Part shown: in pieces, positions 36,865 through 50,149 of the stretch
How positions within the stretch are numbered: position 1 is the first letter of the stretch
How the letters are laid out: each line of letters starts with the position of its first letter
Assembly (NCBI GenBank): GCA_964016885.1
Contig: OZ024740.1
Coordinates: 404,736,001 to 404,800,000 of the forward strand
DNA: 64,000 nucleotides
Direction of reading: 5' to 3'
DNA from: Eledone cirrhosa
Taxonomy: Eukaryota
Notes under the pieces: model-generated
What the model was told of the DNA's origin: nothing
The model's input: only the letters and a program-made list of their open reading frames with translations
Database searches by the model: none
Translations under genes and position numbers: made by a program

Positions 36865-39125
36865 TTCACCCACTTATTCCTGTGCGGGTTGTGGGAGCAG
36901 CATTTTCAAGTATGCCTTCCAGTGCGTCCTGTCAGAAGCAACTCTCCAATTGATCTGGCTGGATCCCCAAGCAGGACCAACTGAGCTTAAGGATGTTATT
37001 CAAACATCTTGCTTGGGGTATACCCCTGGTTTTGCCTGTAAAATCTGTCCAGCAATTCTTTACTGAGACAGTTTAACCACATATCTGTAATATCGGAACT
37101 CTGATTTCTCAATTCAGAGAAGTGGCAACCCTACCTGATCTCTGAATTACGCACCTTATCAAGTAATGTTGCTCCAAATACCCTCGGAGGGACCCATTTT
37201 GGCCACATGTATTTGCGATTGTATTCTTTTGGTCATTGACCAAGATGATCATAGGAAAGGGTAGGCACAAATACTGAATTAAAGATAGCTAGTTTGGCTT
37301 TTACACCTACTTCCCTTCTTCTGATGGCCGAAGCTGGCACATTACTACACCAGCTTTTGCAATTCTTGCACCTAATTCAGCCACCTACCTTCCATTACTC
37401 ATATAAGCGGTCCAGAGATACTCGATCATCTCCTGGCTTCAAAGGAACTCCACTCACATGAAGAACATGTGAAGAATGCACTGAGAGGTCGAGTGTCTCA
37501 GTATTGACAGGGAAGGTGACAGTATGCACCTTTGGTGGAGTCCGACACCAATATTGAATGGTTTTAACTTTACACCAGAACACTAATACTAGGGCACTCA
37601 TATAGAGACATCAGGGCAACAAAAAGCTGTCCATCAATCCCATACTCCTGCTGAACTTTCAACAACAGGACCCATGGAAACAAGAATACACCTCTTGGCA
37701 ATACTCCCGTGATTTCAAAGACTTGCTGCAGTGTGAATATTTGGCCAACTGTGCGCTCTTTAATTGATCTTGTGACCTCAGTCTCCAAGATGTACCTCTT
37801 TTACATCAGAAGCTGCTGTTGTGATCGGGTTTAAGGGATCTGCAAAGTATTCCCTCGACCATGCGAGAATGCACCTCTCTGAAGAGAAGAGAATCCTAGA
37901 TGCGTTCCTGATAGTAGGCATAGAGGAGGACGACTTATGAAGTCTGCAGATGATCTGCAAGAACACTTTATTTGGTGACCTAAATTCGGATTCCAGCTTA
38001 ACTCTAAATTCCTCTCTTGGGTTAACTTTGGATGGCTTTACTGTCTCCGTGACTTTTCGTGATTGCTTATACTGCAAGTGCAAGAAGGATGACTTATATC
38101 CAAACCAAGCTTTGTAAAGCCTTCTTTTTCTTGGATGGCATTTTTGACCACACCAAGCTGCTTTCACCCAAAGCGTTTAACAGCTGAAGTAGAAACTGCT
38201 GAGCTGAATAGTCTCTACTCTGTTACAACACCCTCAGGGAGTTCTCTGAATTTGGATGCAATAGTATTTGTAAACCTGTTCCTAACTTCATCTGCTGGAC
38301 CTCCAAGTTTTGTAGGATCTCTTGGCTTTAAGTAGCCACAAGTTGCAGATAACTAGATGGTCAGTTGACAGCTCAGTTCCTCTATTAACACAAACATCCA
38401 TCTTAGAATCAGAGAAATCGACAATAACAAAATCCATTATTGATCTCTGATCCCGATTCTTCCTATACCATGTGTATTTATGGATGTTTTTGTGCTGCAA
38501 GCTGTTCATAATGGAGAGCTCATTGCTAGAACAGAAGTCTAATGAGGCCTCTACATTTGTATTTAGATTGGGGTCTCTATTCCTTCCAATCACTCCTTTC
38601 CATGTCAGGTGGTCAGTGCCAACATGTGCATTGAAGTCTCCCATTAGGATATATGATTGTCTTAACTACATCTAATGCTACAATGACTTCAAGGAAGGAT
38701 CTGTTTTCTGGCTCTCTGTTTGGTGCATAAGCTTGCACCACACACGGAGGCCTTTTTTTCAGCCTCAGCTTCAAAAGGCAAATATTCCCTCCGAATGGGA
38801 TCCAATTCATAATTCCCTCTCACAGCCAAGGGCTTGTGATTATCCCCACTCCTACTTGTGCAGTTTTTTCTGGACCCATTCCTGAATAGTGGAGTTTCCA
38901 TCCTTCATCCAAATCTACAGTACAAGAGCCATGGAACTTTGTTGAGGAAACCCCAATTATATCTAACTAGTAACATCTGGCCTCCTCCACTTGTTCCTGT
39001 TTTTATTCTTTAAGGGTTGAAACGTTACCAATTGTCATGGTTTTCTCCCTTTTAGACCCTCTCTGGGGTCTTGATGCGAAACCTTTGCTTCCATCCCAGG
39101 ACAGGTATCAGGCTCATCGCCACTT
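36865..39125 (-). mobile_element. Rex3/Expander-like RTE LINE, internally deleted pseudo-element (APE endonuclease to C-terminus)
   Basis: VVQAYAPN; MGDFNAHVGTDHLTWKGVIGRN.DPNLN...LDFCSSNELSIMN..HKYTWY..RSIMDFVIV..RGTELSTDH; GQIFTLQQVFE; QEYGIDG; C-terminal LSWSCLGIQPDQLERVASDRTHWKAYLKMLLPQP. Confidence 0.88.
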
Positions 39126-39525
39126 CTTATAGTGTGGAAATTGCAATATATTTTTTGAACAGACCCTTCTACTCAAGGCCTGAACACTTCCTTTGTTATC
39201 CCACATGAAGGATGGTGTAGCATGGAGGTCATCACTTTTTCTGGCCATATTGTTGTTTTCTTAGACTCATCCATGCCAGTCACCAATTTGGTACTTTTCT
39301 GAAAGCCATGAAGACTAGTTTTTTTTTTTTTTTTACTGATTACTTTAATGCTATTAGAATTAAGTACATACTTTGGCATGGTACTTAAAAATATGCTTTA
39401 TTATTTTTGTTAGTAAATTCTTTATTCCTATTATTTTTGGGGGTGCAGATGTTCATAATTTTCTGACAATTTTTTGAGGGGTGCATTATTGATATTGTTG
39501 CAGTAGACAATATAAATTAACATAT

Positions 39526-39849
39526 GGAGGCACATGGCTTAGTGGTTAGAGCATTGGCCTTGCAATCGAAAGGTTGTGAGTTCAATTCTCAGACCGAGTG
39601 ATGTGTTGTTTCCTTGAACAAGACACTTTATTTCACATTGCTGTAGAAATGAGATGATAGGGACTGGGGTCCATATTCCACTGTAAAGTGGTCGTGGAGG
39701 TGCCATGGCAAAAAAAAAAAGCACCCAGCACTCACTGTAAATGAGGTTGGTGTTAGGAAGGGCATCCAGCTGTAGAAATCAAGCCAGAATCAGTTCCCGT
39801 CCCACCCTTGCAAGCAGGGAAAAGCGGACGTAAAATGATGATGATGATA
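39526..39849 (+). mobile_element. Full-length tRNA/CORE-like SINE with RTE-derived 3' tail
   Basis: A-box TGGCTTAGTGG, B-box GAGTTCAATTC, central CCTTGAACAAGACACTT. The 3' part is shared with the LINE 3'UTR at 28396-28660. (GAT)n end. Confidence 0.88.
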
Positions 39850-40706
39850 GGCATTAATTAGTTACCTATTTGCAATAACCAATAAGCTGAAAATTATTGA
39901 TGGCTTACAGAAGGAAGAAAAACGATGTGTTGTTTCGATAAAGGTATTAGCAGTGAAAAATGAAATGATTTCATCAAGGAATTGGAAAGCAAGAAGTAAA
40001 CTTCACTTTACATTCATTGCCACATTTGCATAGGTGGCACAATCTATCACCAAAAAAAGATTCGATATTGATTGGCAATTTCTGACCTGATTCTGGAATT
40101 TCTTTCAAATTCTAATTGATGTCAGTTAGCTAAATACCTATGAAGCATCTGGTTACAAATTCAATGGCTGGGCAGCATTTCACTTTTGAGTTAAAAGAAT
40201 AAAAGGCAATCAGCTGTAGATCCAGTGACACAATTCTATTCTATATCAGTCACATGCAAACTACTTGTTAATAACTTGTGGGTGTTACTTTACTAGATAG
40301 TCAACATCCACCTACATGGATTCCATATTTGCAAGTAACTTGAATATAATCATATTTTTATGATAGCACACAGAATATAATTCTATGTATATTATCTATC
40401 TATATTCAGTTACATTGTGCAATTTCTTAACATTTGTGCAAGGATACAAATTTGTGAAGGGTATAGTCAATTGAACTAATTGAAACGTGGAAAAACATGT
40501 TACGTGCAATGGAATCCTACTACAATTGTGTTGTCCTTTGGAGAGATATTAAACTTTGAAGACACTGTAAACTTTAGAGACTGTCCATTTCATGTTTGAC
40601 TGGCAATAAAAGAAAATAGTGCTATTATTTACAGTGTTGTTGAATATGATCAAAATCTAATTGATCTTGCATTTATTGAAATTATTCAATAAGGATAAAC
40701 ATTTAT

Positions 40707-40739
<33 letters not shown>

Positions 40740-42809
40740 AAGAAATTTATGCCCCAGCTTTTGTACAAACCTAAACAAAGTTACTGGTTGCTCTGCATGC
40801 ATGCTCACACTTGGATATTTACAGTTGCTAAAAGGAAGAAATTTTAGTTTTTAAATCACTTTTCAACTATTGGTGGGTTTCCCATTTAAAGATATGAAAT
40901 TAATTAAAAAAAATTATGTACTTTTGTATCTCGTCTTTAGGTATTTACATTAAATAATGCAATGCCGAGAAAGAGACCCCCCCCCCCCCAAAAAAAAAAA
41001 TCTGGGCATACTGAATATGTTGGACCTTGGGGATTCAGGCTCATAAAGATTGGTAATACGCTGTACTATAGACTGTCATACCCATGCTAGTAATGTAGCC
41101 ATGTGGTTATGGAATTCAGCCTGTGGGTTTGATTCCTGGACGGGACTGCATGTCATGTCCTTGAGCATGATACTTGATTTCATGTTGCTCCAGTTAACTC
41201 AGCTGGAAAAAAAATGAGTGGCATCAGTAGCTGGGTGTTAAGTTTGTGATGAACTGGTATCTCTAGATGGGAGTCTTATAATCTTAGTTGCTTAATGTTA
41301 AGGTAACCAGGATAAACTCTGGCCTGGTGAACATAGGCTGTATTTAAAAATGTTAAGGATGATAAATAGTTCATTATGTTCCTTGGATTGCAGATATTCC
41401 ATCTAATGCATTATTCACAAGTTACCAATTAAATTAATGTTCTATCGTGTTTTTCATATCACAATTCATATTTTTCAGTACCAGTCTAACATTTTTACTC
41501 TTAACTTCAAAGAAAACAAACAAAAAATTGTGATGGCTTGTAGCCTAGTGGTTAAGGTATTGGACTCCTTATCATAAAGTTTTCAGTTCAATTCCTAGAT
41601 CAACCGACCGTTTATTTGGCATTGCTTTTCATGATAGGACTGGATCACCTATCATTAAAAACCTCAGAAACTTCTTAGGAGATCAAATAAACCTGCTTAG
41701 CTGTGAGCTGTAAATTTCAAACATAAAAATGCCATTATTTGTGTGTTATCTTGTATGTTTGGATATTCTTCAAATGCTTAGATGCTTGCTGGAGAATTTT
41801 TAAGGTCATTTTGCATCTTGCAACATAATCTACAGCTGGAATTTATTCTTTTAGTTCATTGCTGTATACTCTGTAGCCATTGAAGTTTTATATTTAGATC
41901 TACCACATCATCAAGATGGATTTAACTGATCAATATTTCATCACATAGAACTACTATTGTGTGTAGTTTTTTTTTTTTTATTGTTGAATCTTCTCAATAG
42001 TGCCCTAAGATAAAACAAAATAAATAAAACCATAAAAAAAATTCTTTATTATTTGCAGATCATGTGGAAAATCTTTGGCTTAGTTTCATACTGATATTTC
42101 AAGCTACAACTATTATTTTGAATGATTTTACAGATAAGACATGAAAGTTGAATCCCTTTAAGAGTATATGTGTTGTTTTGATTCCTGTCTTGCTTCATTT
42201 CTTAGACTCATTAAATAAGTGGGGGAATTAAATTGTTAAAAACATAGATAAATGTTTGAAAGTGCATGTAAATGGATAATCTGTCTCAAGCCCAGAGGCA
42301 CATGAAACTGGAGCTTATCCCAGTTTTATTGGAATTAAGCATCTGAGAATACAAGACTTGCCCCTGGAGATGATGCCAGTCCATTGCAGGATTAACCTCC
42401 AGCTGCTGCTGCTGGTACTCATTTTCAACTGAGTTGACTGAATCAACATGAAATGAAGTGTTTTTACTCAAGAACACAATGTGCCACTCATCCAGGAATC
42501 AAACCCATATGTTTGTAAGCCCATCACCCTGGACAATAGGCTGCATGCTTTCACTATATATATATTTTGTTAGTTCTTTGTGTTCCCCTGTTGCAATTTT
42601 GATTAATGGAGGTAAGGTTATTAGCATTGCACTCTTTGTATATTCGGATCTAGCTGTCAAAACGGCCGGAGCTCAGCCGTCGGAATGAGTCCTGAATTTT
42701 TTCATATGTCATCATCATGATTTTACGTCCGCTTTTCCCTGCTTGCGAGGGTGGGATGGGTCCTATTCAGCACATCATCTCTCCACTTGTCATGGTGCTT
42801 CGTCATCTC

Positions 42810-42874
<65 letters not shown>

Positions 42875-43486
42875 TATAAAACTTTTACATTGATGCATTA
42901 TAGAATGGATCAGGACTTGGCAGATCTGGTGTTGATCAAAATACATTATGGTATTTTAGTTACATTTTTTTAATTCTGCATAGATAAACTTTGTTTTTCT
43001 TTCCTCCGAGACCATTAAATACCAGACAAAGTTCTGATGCCAAACTCTTGAAGCTTGAGGCCTAGTATGGCCACAGTCCAACTAAAACCAATAAGAATGT
43101 AATTAAGTTTAATCAACCTATTTCTATAAATTACACTTCATAGTACAAATGACTATCTCTTAGATACTGAGAATGTTAATCATTTTCTCTTTTTGTCATT
43201 TTTTCTTTTTTCTTCTTAATAATAAAGAGCATGGCTTGAATGAAAATGTTTTTTAGATCATTTATATGCTCACAAGACCAGTGTTTAGTCTCTGATCATG
43301 TTTCATAAAGTGAGATAAATTTCCTGGATTTAATGCAAGTTTATCAGTCATTTCCAAAAGCTGTGCCTTTTCCTGGAAGTTAAATGAACTGATGAACAAA
43401 GAATTGTTTTGCTCTGTAAAAAAAATAACAAAACAAAGAAATGCAAGTTTTGCTTTTAACATCCGTGAATGAATGATTTAGGATGG

Positions 43487-44117
43487 TGGGATCATGGGAC
43501 AGACTGACCCTTGAACGTTGTGTAGTAAATAAGATGACCCTCTGCTGGGATCATGGGACAGACTGACCCTTGAACGTTGTGTGGTAAATAAGATGACCCT
43601 CTGCTGGGATCATGGGACAAACTGACCCTTGAACGTTGTGTGGTAAATAAGATCACCCACTGCTGGGATCATGGCACAGACTGACCCTTGAACATTGTGT
43701 GGTAAATAAGATCCCCCTCTGCTGGGATCATGGCACAGACTGACCCTTGAACATTGCGTGGTAAATAAGATCCCCCTCTGCTGGGATCATGGGACAGACT
43801 GACCCTTTAACGTTGTGTGGTAAATAAGATCACTCTGCTGGGATCATGGGACAGACTGACCCTTGAACCTTGTGTGGTAAATAAGATCCCCCTCTGCTGG
43901 GATAATGGGACAGACTGACCCTTGAACGTTGTGTGGTAAATAAGATCACCCTCTGCTGGGATCATGGGACAGACTGACCCTTGAACATTGTGAGGTAAAT
44001 AAGATCCCCCCTCTGCTGGGATCATGGGACAAACTGACCTTTGAACGTTGTGAGGTAAATAAGAACCCCCTCTGCTGGGATCATGGGACAGACTGACTCT
44101 TGAACATTGTGTGGTAA
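43487..44117. repeat. 59-bp minisatellite, 11 copies (last partial)
   Basis: Unit TGGGATCATGGGACAGACTGACCCTTGAACGTTGTGTGGTAAATAAGATCACCCTCTGC. Starts at 43487, 43546, 43605, 43664, 43723, 43782, 43839, 43898, 43957, 44017 and 44076. Confidence 0.97.
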
Positions 44118-47100
44118 TTTGCAATAAACTAGATTTCAATTTTTAATATGGTGCAGATATAGTACTGTTTTATACTTTTCAAGAATGCCTTGCTAATTCA
44201 GTACAGGATGTTAAACCTGCAAACCATAAGAGATCATATTCCATTATTTCATAACTTGCCAATTTGGTATTTTCTGTTATACTGCTGGATGTACTTTTTT
44301 ACAGGAGATTGTCAGTAGCAAGGTTTATTTTTTTGTTCAATGCAAGAATGTAACACTAATTGTCCTTATAGTGGGATTAATTTAAAAAAAAAAGCTTAAA
44401 GCCTAGTGATCCGATGGTCTTGAATTGCTTTCATTTATACCATATCCATATACTACACAGCCAACCAGTCTTTTTTTTCCCAACTTATAGCTCTCTTTAA
44501 CTATGTTCTCTTAAGTTTGAATTAAGAGATCATCTAGACGTCGATAAGTCGCATGCTTTTCATGTCACTTTTTGTGAAAAAAAAGTAGGCTTTACACACA
44601 AGTTTGCTTGGTACTTTATAAACATAAATTGATATTGTATGTTTTTCGTGACATTTTTAATTCTCAAAATACTTATCTGACCATGACTAAGGGAACATTG
44701 TTTTAAAGAATCATTAAGGTTAATTCTTGAGAAGTAAATTAGGTTTTGAATGAAACCCCACCCATTTTAAAGGGTTCCTACTTAAATTAAAACCTTCCAA
44801 CATGATTTTATATAAGAACATATTATGTTACAAATGCTTCACTGATTAAAATATAAAGTACTTTATTAGAAATACAGTAATGAAAAGGTTAAAATGTAGT
44901 TTGGAATTTGTGCAAAAATTTGTCTACTTCAGCCATTTGACAATGTCTCAATGAAGTGGATACAAGCATGACTTGTATCCACTTAGATATTTGCTTTGCA
45001 ATCACAAGGTCCCAGGTTCAATCCACTGCATGGCATCTTGGACATGTCTTTACTGTAGCCCAAGTCGAAACCCATCTTTGTGAGTGAAATTGGGTAGACA
45101 GAAGCTGTAGAAATCCATCAGATGCACTTGTAATTCATATGCCCTACCTTGTCACAAATTGTCTAAATGAACTGGATGTTCACTTTATCAAATAACAATG
45201 ATCATAGTTTTAACTGAAGGAGGATCGATCATTATCATAATCACACCCTGATAAAACTGTTGCAAATGAACAAGGAAATATAATTTTTAAAAAAAACCTT
45301 GTTCACCATGTAAGTTCTTCAATGTGAGCCATACTTTTCAGTATCTTTCCAATTGTATCTTTATAAAGTTTGGTATATTCTACTGTCATCACTAATAGTA
45401 GCAATACTGAAAAGAAGTTCATACTGTTTGTGATTCAGTCTTCTACAGTTCGTCATAACACATTTATTTCTATCTAGTTATTTTATGGAATTTCCTCTCC
45501 CAACACAACTTGCTTCTAGTGTTTCTATTGGGGTGGGGGTTGTGACAATTGAAAATTGAATGAACAATTTGCCATGTTTTATAAAATTAAGATTTTTTTT
45601 ATTTTTTTTTTTTATTTTTTTTTTTTAATATTCTATTTTGCCAATATAATTTCTGAAGGTGGGGTGAGGAGCTTAAAATATTTCTGATATGGTGGTGCTT
45701 ATTTGGTATTTGTCACTTTGAGAATTGTTGCCCCACTTGACGTTCTTATCCAAAAACACAATTTAAAGGATTCAATTTGTCATATTTAAAAAAAAATATA
45801 GTTTAATCTGAAGGATGTGCCTATGACCGTTATTGGCTCTCCAAGACTGGTCTGGTTCATGCACTTATTTCATAATGAACACTTGTAGGTTGTTTTCAAG
45901 AACCGACAAAATTGATAAGAAGGATTAGACTTTGTGGTTATGTACACATTTACAATGTATTTATGTACACATTTGTAATGTTTTAGTAGATAAGTTAAGC
46001 TGGTTTTCCATGTAAGGAAAAAGGTGCGACTTAAACATGACAAGTAATTTTTCATATTTCAAACTATGATTACTATTACTACTATACAATTATGTTCTCT
46101 TCAAATAATAAGTATATCCATTTTTATTTTCATCAGTTCTTTTCAGAAGTTACACTAAAATATAAATTACTTTTTTGTTCAGTAATTTGAGTTTACATAT
46201 CTATGATAACACAGCAACTTGACTGTTTCTACTTTCCCCTTTGTCAAGTTCAATTAATAATAGACAAAACATTATTTCACTTATTTGTTAACAAGGAAGA
46301 AATAAAATTTGGTATATAAGCTATATAGAATTTTCTAAACAGATTAAAGTTATGATTGAAATAAATATACAAATCTAGAATCACCAAATTTACTCCCTCA
46401 GTAAACGAAATTTACTTCTCGGAGTTAAATTTACCTCTGACTGAGAACCGCTGACCTAATTAGATTGTAAATTTGTAATGTGATTTTGTTTTTCACAGTA
46501 CTTTTATGTAACTAGTCTTTTTTCCTATTTGTTATCAAGGCTGGTTTTGATTTTATTATTCTTACTAACATACTTTTGAAATCGATTTTCGTAAATACAA
46601 ATCAAAATGAATTGCACTAATGAAAAGTTTCTCTTTTCAAATGAAATAATTATAACTGCATATGATGACATATAAGAATAATTGTAGGCCTTTCCCGGAA
46701 TGAAGAATCAATATATAAACTTTGTAATTAGTTTCGTATGAATTATTTTTAAAAGGTGTTGACAGAAGATTGAGTTTCAAAAGATGATGAATTTATTAAC
46801 ACTCTATTTTAGCCTGATAAATCAAAGTGAATTAAGTCGCGTATTTTCAAACATTTACAATTCTATTTATTCCAACTCAGTCTTAACCGTACACACCTGC
46901 TGTGATCAATTTGTAGTCTTAGAGTTATGTCTGAAAAAAGACAATGTCCAGTGTGTCCTTATAAAAGACATATTTTGAGATAGATTTGACTGCTATGTCT
47001 AGCAAGCCAAGCTTTGGTTGGCTCGTACATTATTTACAATGTTATTTATTGAAGAGTGAAAGCTTTATTATTTCTGTGCTATAGTGCTTTCTGTTGACTG

Positions 47101-47224
47101 TTAGTTACTGACTGAAAAGTTAAAATAGGGACATGTAAAAAGCACCGTCAGCAAAGTAGATTTTGTTTGTGAGACTACTTGTTTAATTATTACATCATAT
47201 GTAAGAATGGGTTTCCCAATATAT

Positions 47225-47263
<39 letters not shown>

Positions 47264-47354
47264 CATGCATGCATATGTACGTACGTACGTATGGGTTATA
47301 TATATATATATACCCCCACATATATATATATATATATATATATATGTACGTATG

Positions 47355-47562
47355 GATTATATCGAACATCCACCCGCCGGCCATCCGCTCCACCATCAGG
47401 TCCAGGCTTCAACAGCTCCAGACTCTCACGAGCCGATTGGGCTTGATTGACGGCCACCCAGCTCTCTTTCTGCTGAGGAACTGTTTCGCTAAGCCGAAGC
47501 TCCTCTATACACTCCGCAGCGCTCCATGCTACACCCAGACATCTCTCCTCGCTGACCTCGGT
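47355..47562 (+). mobile_element. CRE-clade RT thumb-region fragment next to (TA)n
   Basis: RLQQLQTLTSRLGLIDGHPALFLLRNCFAKPKLLYTLRSAPCY, homologous to the minus-strand segment at ~8240-8340 (EAIEPHQGFF..SKLLYFLRVSPSY). CpG-rich. Confidence 0.7.
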
Positions 47563-49841
47563 CTTATTTTTTCTGGTGAATCTTTGTCGTTGACACAGAC
47601 CTGAATATATTTATTTTATTTTGAAATCATTTAGATTTTCACCAGTGACCCCTAAAATGATTTTGACGTTATTTGTTGTATCTATTTATTTGTATCATGA
47701 GAAATTCTCTACTGCTTAGTCTAGTAGCTATTACCCACCTAACTGCTGCCAGTTGCTGAACCACTGTTTGTGCTCTTGTTCTTCCCACCTTCAGTCTACT
47801 AGATGCACTGGCCATTTTAGGCAATACTTCTTTAATTACTAGTTCTGGAATGTGTTTATCGTAACCATCTATCTCTACACATTGATATCATACTCATAAG
47901 AGTGAAATATAACCACCTACTTACTATGTAATGTTTTTCTTTTATCCCTATGACAACCACTCACATGAGGTAATATAAGTTAATAACTATTGTAACAGCA
48001 TGGATTGAAAACAACTATTTTTATGTGCATATATTTTTCATGTGTTATTATTAAAATGTAATATAAAATGCAGTTATTTTCAATTTCAGTTTATTTTTAA
48101 AATTTATTTATATATTTAAAATTTTACTATCTATTAATAATTCTTCTTATGCTTTTGTTTTGGAGCGTTATTAAAACTTCGCTTATGAAGAAGGTAAAAT
48201 TAATTAACATAAGTATTACTGACATTAATGATGAATTATTTTTTTCATTTGTCTATTTTGAACAAAACTATTTATTGCAAAACAGTGTGTGTGTGCGCGC
48301 ACGCGCACTTCAACATTCTAATAAATACTGCCTGTACAGGCAAAGTGTGTATACATGTTTTTGGGACACTGTATACACATTTCTAAAGCAGTAAATAGTT
48401 ATAAAATATTGCGCGCGAGAGAGGTATCAGAGTGAAGCTTTGCTCGGCTGCACACATAAATACCATCAATTTTTTTTAGGCTTACATCAACTAGACTTTT
48501 ATATCTTCCATCATGTCAATCATATATATGATTTAAGATAATCAAAATATGTTAATGAATGAATATTTCCCTTATTATGACCCTACATCAAATGTTTGAC
48601 TATGCACTTTCTAGTTTATTTATCTGCTATTTGATCTGTTGAAAGAATCTCTACTGAATTCAATTAATCTCTGCTGCTACCTGCTTTGCCTCCATCCCTG
48701 AACACAAAGAAAAACACCACTTTTGTCTCCAGCATTTTTGCTACCAAGATAACTAAATCATACATTGTGATCAGTGTCAAATTTCATCATCTAAGCACTT
48801 CTTCAAAGAAAGCACTATAAACTCTTGTCCTACATTTTTCAATTTCATCAGCTCTGTTAGAATTTACTCATAATCATAAAAGTATGCAACTTTTTGTCTT
48901 ATCATTGACATAAAATATTCATTTATAATTGTTTCTTTTGCTGAAATGATAAAATAGCACCCAATACATGCTGTTACATTGTCGTTACAAAGAGCATCCA
49001 ACTGTAAAAACCCTGCTGAAATTTGGAACATAAGTGTGACATGATCCTTGACCTGCTTAGGAATTGATTCATATAGACAACCTATCCAATTTATGCCAGC
49101 ATGCAAAGTGGATGTAAAATGATGTTGACATTATATATGATTGTTTTTTACAGTGTTAGATGTATTTGTGACCCATGTGAAGAGAATCATCAATATTCTT
49201 CTGTCAGGCACCACTGATCTGCTCTTTCAATTTGACCATCTTATTCCCCCCCGAATCACCCTTTATCAATAAAAACTTAAATTTTATCATCATCAATGGA
49301 GATCTTAAAACATTTGGTTTTTTAAAACTTAGTCTGCCTTGATAAAAGAAATTCCAACAATATTTTTGGATATCTAAGACTGCAGTGTCCTTTTCTAAGA
49401 TATAGCTTGGCATGATTTGACAGATATCTGGGAAATTTTTTCTTGTAAAGAGACAAATGAGTTAAGAGATGCATTTTTGGGGTTTAAAACCTGAGAAACT
49501 AATTTTTAATATTGAAGTCTACGAAACAAGTAATCATAATGTTTAAGTTCATTTTATAACTGGTAATTGTGTTGTAACTAGTGGTGTGTTGTGTTCTTAA
49601 GCAAAATACTTCATTCTGGCTACTTGTATTTGCAATTGAATGTTGCGCCAGTATACTCAGCTGAAAATGAGTACCAGCAGTAGCAATGGACTGGCATCCT
49701 GTCCTAGAAGTCTTATACTCTCAGTTGCTTAATGCCATGGAAACTGGGATAAACACTCAGCCTGCTGAGCCTCTGGGCTCGAGACTTTAAACTATTTAGA
49801 ATTAAGTTGTAGTGTAATATGAGTTGCTTAAATTATTCTAA

Positions 49842-50027
<186 letters not shown>

Positions 50028-50149
50028 TAATTCTTTTATCACAACTGCTCATTTATAGAAAAACAAAACAAAAACTAGAAAGACATTGCTTCTTATATAA
50101 TGTTTTGTGTTCAAATATTCTTGTAAATTATCATTGTACATCACCATTT

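Noticed and set aside
39526-39600. tRNA gene
   Set aside because: A and B boxes are present but run into a SINE body and LINE tail. No intact cloverleaf or terminator. The same holds for the other SINE heads.
43487-44117. CRISPR-like regular array / 110-aa repeat ORF
   Set aside because: Units are contiguous with no unique spacers, the context is eukaryotic and there are no cas genes. It is a minisatellite.
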